Of a stretch of 64,000 bases of DNA, positions 8,277 through 18,525 are shown piece after piece. Position 1 is the stretch's first letter, and every line of letters begins with the position of its first letter. The stretch is from the NCBI GenBank assembly GCA_020346225.1, contig CP070777.1:2764736-2828735 (forward strand). Direction: 5' to 3'. This DNA is from Candidatus Zixiibacteriota bacterium (GTDB lineage Bacteria > Zixibacteria > MSB-5A5 > GN15 > FEB-12). A program made the position numbers and the translations under genes. The notes below the pieces were generated by a model. It searched no databases. It saw only the letters and a program-made list of their open reading frames with translations, and was not told the origin of the DNA.

Positions 8277-8582
8277 CTTACGCCTCCTCATTGTCAAAAC
8301 CCGGACGCGGCCGGGTATTTTCGATTTCTGATCCGATATGATTAAATTCGGCGGATTACGACCGGCAATTTAACTTTTTCCTGAGAAGTCTTGACGGGGT
8401 GATTCGGAGTTGGCCGGATAGTCGACCGCCGGGGGCGTACGAAACCGGTTGAGCGCCCCATCTTGCTGTTTTACAGCGCATTGCGCGTCCCTAAAGATTG
8501 TTGTGGTTCCCGCTTTGGCTCAAGTATGGAGGGAACCGGTCGATATCAGGTTATAGCAAAGCTAGGAAAAGAGGCTAGGAAA

Positions 8583-9437
8583 ATGAGGTCCTACCAAGCG
8601 GCATCTCTTATTCTGGCATTGTTGGCGTTTGTCGGTGTCGTCTGGGCGAATTCCAACGGCACCAATTTCGAGGCTCTCACGGGTGCACCGGGCGAGTCTA
8701 CGTGCGCCGACTGCCACAATAATCTTAACACCGGGTCCGGTTCCGTGTCGATCACAGCCCCGGCCGATTACAACCCGGGAGACACTCTTGACATCACCGT
8801 CGCGGTGGCGCACACCGGCCAGAGTCACTGGGGGTTCGAGCTCACCGTTCTGGATGACTCCGACCAGCCCGTCGGGGAGTTACTTGTCACCGATGCAGCG
8901 CGCACCCTGAAATCGGTGGCCGGCACCGGCCGCGAGTACGTCAAGCAGACCAGTGACGGTTCTGACGCCGGCAAAGGTAACAGTACCGACTGGAGCTTCC
9001 AATGGGTGGCGCCGCCGGCCGACGCCGGGGCAGTGACTTTCTATACGGCTTCGGTAGCCGCCAACCAGGCTTCCGGCCCCAATGGTGATTTCACATACAC
9101 CACCACGCACGTCATGCTGGTCACCGATATACGGCGAGAGGAAACAGGGTCGCTACCGAACGGCTTCCATGTGGCGCAAAATTACCCCAATCCGTTCAAC
9201 CCCGCCACCACCATAGCCTTCAGTCTACCGGTACGGAGCCACGTTTCGGTTGCCGTTTATAACGTTCTGGGGCAGCAGGTGCGGGTTCTTGGCGACGGCG
9301 TTTTACCGGCCGGGAACTATACCTCGCGGTGGGACGGGACCAGCGAGGACGGCCGTCAGGTGGCCAGCGGCATCTACTTCTACCGTGTGCATGCCGGTGA
9401 CCGGACGGAAGTCAGGACAATGGTGTTGCTGAAGTAG
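8583..9437 (+). CDS. Secreted protein with one CxxCH motif and a T9SS-type C-terminal sorting domain
   Basis: ATG at 8583 follows an AGGAAAA RBS. Signal peptide present. CADCH motif near the mature N-terminus. C-terminus NYPNPFNPATTIAFSLP...GIYFYRV...MVLLK. Confidence 0.75.
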   Translation: MRSYQAASLILALLAFVGVVWANSNGTNFEALTGAPGESTCADCHNNLNTGSGSVSITAPADYNPGDTLDITVAVAHTGQSHWGFELTVLDDSDQPVGELLVTDAARTLKSVAGTGREYVKQTSDGSDAGKGNSTDWSFQWVAPPADAGAVTFYTASVAANQASGPNGDFTYTTTHVMLVTDIRREETGSLPNGFHVAQNYPNPFNPATTIAFSLPVRSHVSVAVYNVLGQQVRVLGDGVLPAGNYTSRWDGTSEDGRQVASGIYFYRVHAGDRTEVRTMVLLK

Positions 9438-9468
9438 TTCTTCGGAAAGGCTCCCCCGGTCAGAGACG

Positions 9469-10830
9469 TCATTTCACCAGAATCATCTTGCGGCAGGCCG
9501 TGAACGCATCGGCCCGTACTCTGTACAGGTATACTCCGGATGCAAAAGCGCGCGCATCCCAGAGCACCCGGTGCTCGCCTGCCTCAAACCAGCCGTCTGC
9601 AGGCACACCAACCACCCGTCCGGTAATGTCGATGACCTCCAATCTCACATGGCAACTGCGGGGAAGGTCGAACCTGATCCACGTGACCGGGTTAAACGGG
9701 TTGGGTGAGTTCTGATGAAGGGCGAATCTAGCCGGCAACTGGATTTGGTCACCCTCGCTTGAAGCCGTTTCGGTACAGGCTGGGTCAAAGGCTCCGATGA
9801 GGACGCCGCAGTCATTGTGTTCCGGCGCACAGGGCGAGGTGGTGCTGATACTGAAATCTCCCCCGGCGGCGTCGCAAAACAGGGGGTCTTGGGAGAAGTT
9901 ACCGTAATCGTCTTCGGGCTCCTCGCCGACATACTCGAAGTCCTTGATGCCGTTGCCGTAAGCATCGTTGCAGCTGACCACCACGTCGCCCGCCCAGATG
10001 TGCGAAATCAGCCCGTACTCCTCGTTAAAAGCCATGATGCAGTTTTCTATGGTCGATGTTTCAGTGGACGTCGCTGTGGGCATGCTTACCACGGCTTTCG
10101 GGAAATCCCATTCGTATTCAGCCCCGATGCGGTTGCCCACAAAAGTACAGTTTTGAACGTGAAACAGTCCAGAGCCCACCAGTAGCCACAATCCGTGACC
10201 GCCGTTGTTGCGCACCAGGCAATCGGTCATCTCGAATTCATATCCGTACCACCGGGCGTTCCAGATGACCCCGTAATCCTCGTTGAAAGATATCTCGCAG
10301 CCGGAAACAACGGCGCCGCACGCATCAACCCAGATACCGCGGCTCTCATTTTCGGTAACTACACAGTCATAGACCCGCAGTGTGGCCCTCTCGTAGCGGA
10401 CACCGTTGCAGTTGTTGGCGGTGATGATGCAATTGCGCAGGGTCGGTGAAGCCCCTTCGCACCTGACGGCGGCATCCCACCAGTCCGGGCCATAGGCATC
10501 AGTGATGGTGAAACCGTCGATTTCAGAGGTCTCATCCTCGCCCGAATGGAGATAGAAACCGCAGTGTGGCTCTGCTTCGCTGCCGTCACAATCGATTATC
10601 GTAAACTCAGGCCCGTTTTCGGACCTCAGGACGATATTCTTGCCTTTGAAGTCGATATCGCGGTTGCCGTCGCCTGAATAGGTGCCGTCGCCTATCACTA
10701 CCGTCCCGCCTTCCTCGGCGGCGTTTATGGCCGCCTGGATGGTGGGATGGTCGCCGGGCACGCGGACCTCGGCCGAAGCGAATTCCACCAATAACAGGGC
10801 AGTCAGCAGAATCGCGGCAGATTTTTTCAT
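9469..10830 (-). CDS. Right-handed parallel beta-helix repeat protein with a T9SS-type C-terminal sorting domain
   Basis: Signal peptide present. Repeated beta-helix-like segments (NC.I..N...G....). C-terminus NSPNPFNPVTWIRFDLP...GVYLYRV...MILVK. Confidence 0.75.
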   Translation of the reverse strand: MKKSAAILLTALLLVEFASAEVRVPGDHPTIQAAINAAEEGGTVVIGDGTYSGDGNRDIDFKGKNIVLRSENGPEFTIIDCDGSEAEPHCGFYLHSGEDETSEIDGFTITDAYGPDWWDAAVRCEGASPTLRNCIITANNCNGVRYERATLRVYDCVVTENESRGIWVDACGAVVSGCEISFNEDYGVIWNARWYGYEFEMTDCLVRNNGGHGLWLLVGSGLFHVQNCTFVGNRIGAEYEWDFPKAVVSMPTATSTETSTIENCIMAFNEEYGLISHIWAGDVVVSCNDAYGNGIKDFEYVGEEPEDDYGNFSQDPLFCDAAGGDFSISTTSPCAPEHNDCGVLIGAFDPACTETASSEGDQIQLPARFALHQNSPNPFNPVTWIRFDLPRSCHVRLEVIDITGRVVGVPADGWFEAGEHRVLWDARAFASGVYLYRVRADAFTACRKMILVK

Positions 10831-11037
10831 AAGCGTGTTCCCCCCGCCGTTAAGAAGTTATTGTTGTAATATACGTGCCAACCCATATTATGTCAAAACA
10901 AGCGCAATTCCGGCGACCCTGAGCCAGAGCCGCCTCTCTTTGTCTCCAGCCGGTTCATCACGGCTCATCTCGGGGCCGACAACGACGTAATGGCGATAAA
11001 ATCTCAAATCAGGCAGAATCATAACAGGGGGAATGCT

Positions 11038-12744
11038 ATGCGCACAAGATCAGGGAGGATAATGCTGGCCATGACTATCATACTGCCGGTAGTTCTGGCC
11101 GGATACGCGGGCGGTGCTGAAGAGCCGACCAGGGCCCCGTTGCGGCCGGTGACTGAGCGGGAGGTGTCACCCGGCCGGGGATTTGTCCAGCCTCGCCTGG
11201 ACCTGTCGCATCTTACCGGCCAGCAGTTGCCCGCCGGTGTTACCGCCTCGGCGCTGCCGGCCCAGTGGGACTGGCGAGCGCAGGGAGTGGTCACGCCGGT
11301 GAAGAACCAGGGCTTGTGCGGCTCCTGTTACTCCTTTGCCGCCCTGGCAAATTTCGAATCGCGAATTCTTGTTGTCGGCGGGCCGCCTTTTGACTTCTCG
11401 GAGAACAACGCCAAGGAATGTAACTGGTACCAGAGCAGCTGCGGCGGCGGCTCCTGTGATATCATGGCCAACTGGTTGTCGAAAACGGGCACTGTCGACG
11501 AAATATGCGACCCGTACGTTCCGAGCGACGTAGCCTGCAACTCGAGTTGCCCTTATATCAAAACTCTGCTGGACTGGCGTATTATCAGCGAATTGAGCGT
11601 ACCGTCCACGGCGGTGCTCAAACAGTACATCTATGACTATGGTCCCGTCTACACCAGTTTTTATGCCGGTGACGGCAATGACCCCGACTGGGAAGACGAG
11701 TTCAATGACTACGACGGCTTATACACGATGTACTATGACGGTGTCTGGCTGCCCAACCACGCCGTCCTTATTGTCGGCTGGGACGATGCCATGCCGCACG
11801 ACGGCGGCACCGGGGCCTGGATCGTGAAAAACAGCTGGGGGCCGTCCTGGGGCGGGACCTGCGGCTACGGCACCGAGGGGGGTTATTTCACTCTCGCCTA
11901 CGGCTCGGCCAACATCGGTATGAATTCGTCGTTCATAAAGGCCTGGCAGGATTACGACTCCGACGGCGACGTGCTCTTTTACGATGAGGCCGGCGCCACC
12001 AGCTACTTTGGCTCCGGCAGCACCACCGGCTGGGGCATGTGCAAATTCGTTATGCCCGCGACAGCCTATGTCTACCGGATCGAGTTCTGGACGAGCGATA
12101 TCACCACTGATGTTGACGTGTATCTATGGGACGATTTCACAGGCGGGACTTTGAGCACCCCCATCGACAGCAAACTGAACTCGAGTTTCGCCGAGGCCGG
12201 ATACCACTCGGTTGAACTTGATTCTCCTCACGAGCTTACCACCGGCGAGGACTTCTATGTAGCGGTCAAGTTCACCAATAATTCCCACGCCTGGCCCATA
12301 CCGGCCGACGTGACAGGTCCCAATGAGATGGGTACTACGTATATCAGTTCCGATGGCTCGACCTGGACGGACCTGGGCGCCGCTTGGGGCGACGATGTTG
12401 CCATCCGTGCACGTACCAGCGTCGACCTGCCCGTGTCTGTTGCCGATACCCCCGAGCCGACGCCTTACGCATACAGTCTCTCGCACAACTATCCCAACCC
12501 GTTCAATCCCGCCACCAGGATTTCTTATTCGCTCGAAAGGCGTTCCCAGGTTCAGCTCGTGGTCTACAATATCCTGGGGCAGCGGGTGGCGACCCTGGTG
12601 GATGAGGTCATGCCTGCCGGCCAGCATACCGTCAGCTGGAACGGCACCGACGATTCCGGAAACATGCTTGGTTCCGGTGTCTACTTTTATCGGTTCAAAG
12701 CGGGTGACTTCACTGACACCAAGAAGATGGTGTTGCTGAAATAG
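11038..12744 (+). CDS. C1 (papain-like) cysteine peptidase with a T9SS-type C-terminal sorting domain
   Basis: GGGGGA RBS 6 nt before the ATG at 11038. Signal peptide present. Catalytic Cys motif NQGLCGSCYSFA, with HAVLIVGWD and NSWG. C-terminus NYPNPFNPATRISYSL...GVYFYRF...MVLLK. Confidence 0.88.
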   Translation: MRTRSGRIMLAMTIILPVVLAGYAGGAEEPTRAPLRPVTEREVSPGRGFVQPRLDLSHLTGQQLPAGVTASALPAQWDWRAQGVVTPVKNQGLCGSCYSFAALANFESRILVVGGPPFDFSENNAKECNWYQSSCGGGSCDIMANWLSKTGTVDEICDPYVPSDVACNSSCPYIKTLLDWRIISELSVPSTAVLKQYIYDYGPVYTSFYAGDGNDPDWEDEFNDYDGLYTMYYDGVWLPNHAVLIVGWDDAMPHDGGTGAWIVKNSWGPSWGGTCGYGTEGGYFTLAYGSANIGMNSSFIKAWQDYDSDGDVLFYDEAGATSYFGSGSTTGWGMCKFVMPATAYVYRIEFWTSDITTDVDVYLWDDFTGGTLSTPIDSKLNSSFAEAGYHSVELDSPHELTTGEDFYVAVKFTNNSHAWPIPADVTGPNEMGTTYISSDGSTWTDLGAAWGDDVAIRARTSVDLPVSVADTPEPTPYAYSLSHNYPNPFNPATRISYSLERRSQVQLVVYNILGQRVATLVDEVMPAGQHTVSWNGTDDSGNMLGSGVYFYRFKAGDFTDTKKMVLLK

Positions 12745-12768
12745 ACTGCTGAAGACGGGCTGTCTTAA

Positions 12769-12803
12769 GGGCCGGGCGCCATCAGCACCCGGCCCTTTTC
12801 GTT
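12769..12803 (+). terminator. Rho-independent terminator
   Basis: Stem GGGCCGGG/CCCGGCCC with an 11-nt loop, followed by TTTTCGTTT. Confidence 0.75.
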
Positions 12804-12919
12804 TCCGCTTGCCGCGGCATCGCCAATCAGCTATACTGACGGCAACAATCGAACCCGCAGCAACTTTTTCTAAGCCGCTGCGATTCCAGAGTCAATCAGA
12901 ATTTGGGAGGATAGCTCAG

Positions 12920-15499
12920 ATGAATTCACGCCGGCCAACTACATCCTTTATCCTCATGATCGCTCTAACCGTCTTTGCGGTGCTCGGTCCGCTTGCCTGC
13001 GGCGCGGCTCTGGCCGACACCCAGCCGCCTTGTGCCAAAACGTGCAAGAAAACCGGCGTGAAAGCCTGTCAGGCCGATACGACAAAAGCTGAATCAACCC
13101 GCTGTAATACCAAATGCTGCCCGGCCGGTCCGGCGGGCGCAATCCGGGGCGATGACCTGCTCACCCTGCCGGTGCGCACGGTCGAAGAGGCCCTGCTTTT
13201 CCGGAACGGCGTGGTCGAAATCCGACCGGCCGAAACGTCGAACGGTTTTACTCTCGGCGTTCGCTCCGGCGACCCGTGGGAAACCGGGTATTTCCTCAAC
13301 AATGTTCCGGTGAACAACCAGCAGATTGGCCTGTCAACATTTTCAGCCAGCCGCCATGCGGTTTGTTGTCTGGATTTTCAGCCCGGCGGATACCCCGCTC
13401 ATCGCGGTTTTCTCGGTTCCGGCATTGTTGATGTCATCGCTCCGCACAGGCAGCGTGCCCTGTCGGCCATGGTGGAAACCGTCTCCGACGACCTGATGGG
13501 CGACGGTGCCGGTCAGAACTGGTACACGGCGCGCCTGAGCGGCCCGGTTCCGATCTCCGACGGCAGCTCCTTTTTCGGCCTTGTCGAACGGCGTGATTTC
13601 GTTGACCGCAATCCGTCATCGATAACGACCGAAATCCTTCCCGATGAGCCGGACTGTCTTCCGCATAACTGGCTCGACGGCTGGAGCTATCATGGCCGCG
13701 TAGATCTTAAGCTGCACGCGATGGCGAAGCTGGCTTTCACGGTCGACGGTTCAACCGATGAGTGGAGCCGCTATCTGCACGAGTATCTTTTTGATCTCGA
13801 CCACACACCGTACTACAAGCAGGAGAATCTCGCCCTCGGTTTCCGTTTAAGCGGCAGGCTATCTGATAGGGCCCGATACGGTCTCGGCCTGCAGCTGTTT
13901 CGGACAGAGTACTTCCGGGGCGACGGTCTCTACCGCGAAGATCTGCTAGACTACTATGTAGCGAATGGCAACCTGAGATTCGACCCCACCGCCTTGTTCT
14001 GGGCGGACGGTCACGTGTGGGATGACTATTTGCGTAAGAAATCTTCGTATCTGGCTGTCGGCGGCAATCTTAATACATCTGTTACGTCTGACATTGAGGT
14101 CGGTGGCAGCTTTCAAGTCAGGCCGCACGTTGTCAGGTCGTATAACCATCTTTTCCCGACCAGAGTCCTGGGTCTCGGCGGGTTTTACGACATTGACCGC
14201 TACGGCTATGACTCCGTCGGCAGCGAGATCGAAGAAGAGGGCTGGCGCAACGCCGTCAAACAACCCAAGGATCTGGCCGCCAGCCTGTCGGCCCGGCTCG
14301 AGCGCGGTAATATTGTCGGCACGGTGGGAATACGGGTGGACCGTTTCCGCTATGATGCCCGGCCACTCCGCAATCTGGAGCGGCCTCTCGACCCCGATAC
14401 GCTCGAGGATGATGCGAGCTTCACGCTTGACGAATCCGACCTCGATGAGGAATCGTCGTTCACTTATCTCTCGCCCCGGCTGGCGCTGGGTGCCCGGGTA
14501 TCCGAAAACACGCGAATCCACGCCGGTGTCGGGCGATACATGCAGCGTCTGCCGTTCGACCTGCTTTATTTCGGCGAAGACTACGCCGAGCATAAGATTC
14601 AGTTGGGAGGCTACTTCTATGCGCTGGGCAATCCGGCCCTGGAGCCCGTCAAGACACTCCTTATCGAAGTCGGGGTCGAGCAAAGACTGGGCGCTTCCGT
14701 GCGCGCCGGCTTGACCTACTTTCGCAAAGAAATTGATGGCCTGCCGCAGGTGTACGCTCAGGGTGCGTTCCCAAGCAGCTACATCACGTATCGGAACGGG
14801 GATGAACGGTTGAGCACCGGCCTGGAATTCAGCTTGCTTGCAACGCCGACGCATTACCTGGGTATCAATGTTCGCTATACGGTGTATCCTTCCGCGGTAT
14901 CTGCTCTGTTCTTGCCGCGCAATGTGGCCTGGTCATCAGAGACACCGCTGAACGAAGGTTTCTATGCAGGTTTCCAGCGGCACAAGATTGTCGGTCATGT
15001 GGACCTGAACCTTGGCCGGGGGGAGGGCCCCAGGCTGGGGTCGGTTCGTCCACTGGAGAATTTCAGGCTGGGTGCGCTCGTAAGAGCCGGCAGCGGTCTT
15101 CCTTATTCGCCTTCTGAGGTATACAACGAGGTAACCCTGAGTGCTTCGGCGCCGACTGTGAGCGCTGCCCGGAACTCCGCCTTCGGACCGTGGACGTTCC
15201 ACCTTGACCTCGTGATCGAGAAGACTTTTGAGGTTGCCGGACTGAAGATTGTGCCGTTTGTGTGGGTCAAGAACCTGATGGATCGTGACAACGTCTACGA
15301 TGTTTATGAGGGTACCGGCGAGGCTAACACTACCGGCTGGCTTGAGACTGAAGCCGGCCTGTATTTCATCGATCGTTACTCGGATCCGACTCCAACGACC
15401 GGTCTCGATGGAGAGGATTCGTACATTCTGAAAGAAAACGACCCGCTTCACTACGGTTTGCCTCGTCAGATATTCGTGGGGCTGAGAGCCGCCTTCTGA
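12920..15499 (+). CDS. TonB-dependent-receptor-like outer-membrane beta-barrel protein with a Cys-rich N-terminal extension
   Basis: GGGAGG RBS before the ATG at 12920. Signal peptide present. Plug-like segment (LPVRTVEEALLFRNGVVEIR). Long beta-rich body ending in an aromatic terminus ...FVGLRAAF. Confidence 0.6.
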   Translation: MNSRRPTTSFILMIALTVFAVLGPLACGAALADTQPPCAKTCKKTGVKACQADTTKAESTRCNTKCCPAGPAGAIRGDDLLTLPVRTVEEALLFRNGVVEIRPAETSNGFTLGVRSGDPWETGYFLNNVPVNNQQIGLSTFSASRHAVCCLDFQPGGYPAHRGFLGSGIVDVIAPHRQRALSAMVETVSDDLMGDGAGQNWYTARLSGPVPISDGSSFFGLVERRDFVDRNPSSITTEILPDEPDCLPHNWLDGWSYHGRVDLKLHAMAKLAFTVDGSTDEWSRYLHEYLFDLDHTPYYKQENLALGFRLSGRLSDRARYGLGLQLFRTEYFRGDGLYREDLLDYYVANGNLRFDPTALFWADGHVWDDYLRKKSSYLAVGGNLNTSVTSDIEVGGSFQVRPHVVRSYNHLFPTRVLGLGGFYDIDRYGYDSVGSEIEEEGWRNAVKQPKDLAASLSARLERGNIVGTVGIRVDRFRYDARPLRNLERPLDPDTLEDDASFTLDESDLDEESSFTYLSPRLALGARVSENTRIHAGVGRYMQRLPFDLLYFGEDYAEHKIQLGGYFYALGNPALEPVKTLLIEVGVEQRLGASVRAGLTYFRKEIDGLPQVYAQGAFPSSYITYRNGDERLSTGLEFSLLATPTHYLGINVRYTVYPSAVSALFLPRNVAWSSETPLNEGFYAGFQRHKIVGHVDLNLGRGEGPRLGSVRPLENFRLGALVRAGSGLPYSPSEVYNEVTLSASAPTVSAARNSAFGPWTFHLDLVIEKTFEVAGLKIVPFVWVKNLMDRDNVYDVYEGTGEANTTGWLETEAGLYFIDRYSDPTPTTGLDGEDSYILKENDPLHYGLPRQIFVGLRAAF

Positions 15500-15532
15500 A
15501 GGGCACCGGCGGCAGCTCTGCGATCGGCAACT

Positions 15533-15577
15533 GTCCGGGTCAGCATCGAGACATCCGATGCCGGACCCTTCTTATTG
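15533..15577 (+). terminator. Probable intrinsic terminator (two-tier hairpin)
   Basis: Nested stems GTCCGG...CCGGAC and GCATCG...CGATGC, followed by the T-rich CTTCTTATT. Confidence 0.5.
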
Positions 15578-15709
15578 CCCGCCATAATTTTTCCTTTCTT
15601 TCAGCAGGCAGGTGTATAATATTCCGTATGCTGCTTGAGATAACCACATATCAGGGCAGTCCAAAACCAGCGTAAACGGTAACAACCTTTAGTTCTTGCG
15701 AGGTTTACC

Positions 15710-17872
15710 ATGTCGGTGAAATTTTCTTCTCGAATCTTAGCTGCTGTCATTGTATTGGCTTTTGTTCTAAGCGGTCAGGTCCTGGCCGCCGGGTATGTCG
15801 TCTTTGACAGCCATAATACAACCCTGAAGCTCGATGTCCCGGCTCATGCTGTCAGTATCGAAGATACCGGCACCATGACGGTCGCCAAAGACTGGAACCT
15901 CTTCTTGCTTAACGCCGCCGCCGCCGTGGAGAGCTTCACCATAAACGGCCAGGCTTTCGAATATATGGCGGTGCCTTTCAACGATGTCGCCGGCTTGCCC
16001 GACAAAATGACCAGGGACATGCCAGAAATCGACTCGGCCGGTCATCCGCAACTGGTCTTCCTTAACTGGAGAGATAACCCCGGCCCGGTGGAGTTTGCCC
16101 TTAAGTACCGGGCCGAGCTTTACCAGGATGTGTCCAATATCCGCTTCTCTAATGAGAAGGTGGGCGGTGAGGTAACGGCCACCATCGCGGAGCAGGGCGC
16201 CTATCTGAGTCCCCAGTCTTATTTTGTCCCTGTTGGCGACGAGACTCCGTGCACTTACAGACTTACGGCCGACATTCCCGGAGAATGGGAGTCGATCAGC
16301 GACGGGAACCTTCTGGCCGAGGAAACGGTCGACGGCCGTAAGGTTCAGACTTGGGAGAATCCCTACAAGTCCGATGGTGTCACTTTCTTCGCCTCGGCAT
16401 TCACGACGGCTTCGGTCGAGGTCGACAGCGTCTGGGTGCATTGTTATTTCTTCCCCGAAGACGCTCACCTGATGAACAATTACCTGCGGGCCACCACCGA
16501 TTATGTCCGCATGTACAGTGAATTGATCGGCCCGTATCCGTTTGACCGCTTTACCATTGTGGCCAACTTCTTTCCGACCGGCTACGGCATGCCGGGCTGG
16601 ACTTTGCTGGGTCAGCAGGTGCTGCGTTTGCCGTTTATAATCAGCACCTCGCTGGGCCACGAGGTACTCCACAACTGGTGGGGCAATTCCGTCTTCGTCG
16701 ACTATGAAAGCGGCAATTGGTGCGAGGGGCTTACGGTCTACGGCGCCGACTACCGCTATAAGCTCCTGCAGTCACCCGATATGGCCCGCGATTACCGCAA
16801 GGATATCCTCAAGCAGTACGACAGTTATGTCACCGAGGAAAACGATTTTCCGCTGACCGAGTTCAAGTCACGCACCAGCCCCAAGACCCGCACAGTCGGT
16901 TACAACAAAGCGATGATGATCTTCCACATGATCGAACGGGAGATCGGCACTGAAGCTTTCTTCCAGGCCTGGAAGAATATTTATTCGCGCGCGAAGGGGC
17001 AGAAAGTGGCCTGGCAGGACTGGATCGACGCTTTCCAAGAGGCCTCACGGGTGAAACTGTCGCATATCATCCCGGATTGGGTGGAGCGTCCCGGAGCTCC
17101 CACGCTGAGTCTGGAAGTGCAGGACTTCTCCTGCGACGGGGTTACCCGCAACTGCACGGTCAAATTCAAATTGATGCAGACCGGACAGCCCAATTATCGC
17201 CTGCAGGTTCCGGTCAGGGTCAGTGGTCCGGGTGGGGTCGTCGATACGGTGCTTGCCTTAAAGGGCGGCGATGCCTCTTACGAGATAACCCGCCGCATGC
17301 TTATGCAGACAATCGAGGTCGACCCCGACTACCACCTGTTCCGGCGGCTCTATCCCGAGGAGGTCGAGCCGGTGGTTTCGGCCATTCTGGGAAACCCGAA
17401 CAAGGCCTTTGTATCCTTCGTCGATACGGACACGGCGGGGGCCTTCGGCGCCTTCGGTCTGAACATGACCGAGGACACGGTTGATATTTTGCCGGCGGCC
17501 ATGGTCGACAGCCTGCCTGATTCGGACTATGCCGTGGTGCTGAACCCCGCCGAACTTCCCGACTACTTCCGGGGCCGGGTAATTCTGCGCGATGATTCCG
17601 TGCGCGTCAAGAACATCCCCTATCCCCGCGGCGGGCATACCTACATCCTGACCGGTCAGGACTGGAACACGGTGGGCAAATACATGGTCATACTCACCGA
17701 CGATTACGAGTCTCTCCCGCGCATCGGTCAGCTGATTCCGCACTACGGCAAGTACTCGTTCCTTGTCTTCGAGGGCGCCCGCAACGTCGGTAAGGGCCAG
17801 TGGGAGGTCGGTCAGTCACCGCTGAAAAAGAAGCTGGTTCTGGAAGCTGTAAAGAAGACCGAATCGCCGTGA
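15710..17872 (+). CDS. M1-family zinc metallopeptidase (aminopeptidase N-like), secreted
   Basis: HEXXH motif HEVLHNWWGN plus a downstream WCEGLTVY glutamate. Signal peptide present. GAGG RBS. Confidence 0.85.
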   Translation: MSVKFSSRILAAVIVLAFVLSGQVLAAGYVVFDSHNTTLKLDVPAHAVSIEDTGTMTVAKDWNLFLLNAAAAVESFTINGQAFEYMAVPFNDVAGLPDKMTRDMPEIDSAGHPQLVFLNWRDNPGPVEFALKYRAELYQDVSNIRFSNEKVGGEVTATIAEQGAYLSPQSYFVPVGDETPCTYRLTADIPGEWESISDGNLLAEETVDGRKVQTWENPYKSDGVTFFASAFTTASVEVDSVWVHCYFFPEDAHLMNNYLRATTDYVRMYSELIGPYPFDRFTIVANFFPTGYGMPGWTLLGQQVLRLPFIISTSLGHEVLHNWWGNSVFVDYESGNWCEGLTVYGADYRYKLLQSPDMARDYRKDILKQYDSYVTEENDFPLTEFKSRTSPKTRTVGYNKAMMIFHMIEREIGTEAFFQAWKNIYSRAKGQKVAWQDWIDAFQEASRVKLSHIIPDWVERPGAPTLSLEVQDFSCDGVTRNCTVKFKLMQTGQPNYRLQVPVRVSGPGGVVDTVLALKGGDASYEITRRMLMQTIEVDPDYHLFRRLYPEEVEPVVSAILGNPNKAFVSFVDTDTAGAFGAFGLNMTEDTVDILPAAMVDSLPDSDYAVVLNPAELPDYFRGRVILRDDSVRVKNIPYPRGGHTYILTGQDWNTVGKYMVILTDDYESLPRIGQLIPHYGKYSFLVFEGARNVGKGQWEVGQSPLKKKLVLEAVKKTESP

Positions 17873-17894
17873 TCGGCCGGGAAGAAGGATAAGA

Positions 17895-18392
17895 TCAGGA
17901 ATCTTTGGCGACACGCTGCGTGACCCACTGTGACTCGATCTTCTTCACGTGGTTGCGGGTGTCTTCAGCGAGCTTGCGGTAGACGTCGATACATTTCTGG
18001 GAATCGGTGTTGAAGATCTCGAAAAACTGGCCGTCGATCATGGCTTTCTCGAAGTCGAGCGCCGTTGCCAGGGCCTCGTTCATCGTGTAGGCGCCGCCGT
18101 TAAGCTGGGCCGTCGAATCTTTCACATAACTCAGCGATGTAGCCACGGCCGCCGATTTGAACCGGGCCATGTTCAACGTCACGGTGACGTCGAAAAGATC
18201 GCGGATGGCCTCGGCGTGCCCGGCTTCATCGGAGGCTATTTCGAGCCAGTAATTCTTGTGCTCCGGGAAAGCCTCGGCACAGGCCTCGTAGAATTCTTTC
18301 AGAGCCAACTCGTGCTCGATCAAAAGGAGCAGAGTTGATGCTTCGCTTTCTCTGGGCGTCATGTTGTCTACCTCAAACCCGTTTTGGGGCAT
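17895..18392 (-). CDS. Ferritin-like/rubrerythrin-like di-iron domain protein
   Basis: Four-helix pattern with E...E..H-type ligands (EHELALKEFYE, DEAGHAEAI). Weak assignment. Confidence 0.45.
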   Translation of the reverse strand: MPQNGFEVDNMTPRESEASTLLLLIEHELALKEFYEACAEAFPEHKNYWLEIASDEAGHAEAIRDLFDVTVTLNMARFKSAAVATSLSYVKDSTAQLNGGAYTMNEALATALDFEKAMIDGQFFEIFNTDSQKCIDVYRKLAEDTRNHVKKIESQWVTQRVAKDS

Positions 18393-18525
18393 CGATTAAT
18401 CTGCCGTGAGGACCAAAAAGGGCTTTGAATAAGTATCGGCCACCGAGTGAAATTTTCTTAGCATTAATTGAATATAATTCCGCCTGCCGGGAGGGCGAAT
18501 TCGCTATTCGCTAATTGGCACGATC

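Noticed and set aside
13946-14854. 302-aa minus-strand ORF and a 230-aa plus-strand alternative frame (14022-14714).
   Set aside because: They overlap the TonB-receptor-like OMP gene. That reading frame runs uninterrupted for about 860 codons, with a signal peptide and a C-terminal aromatic residue.
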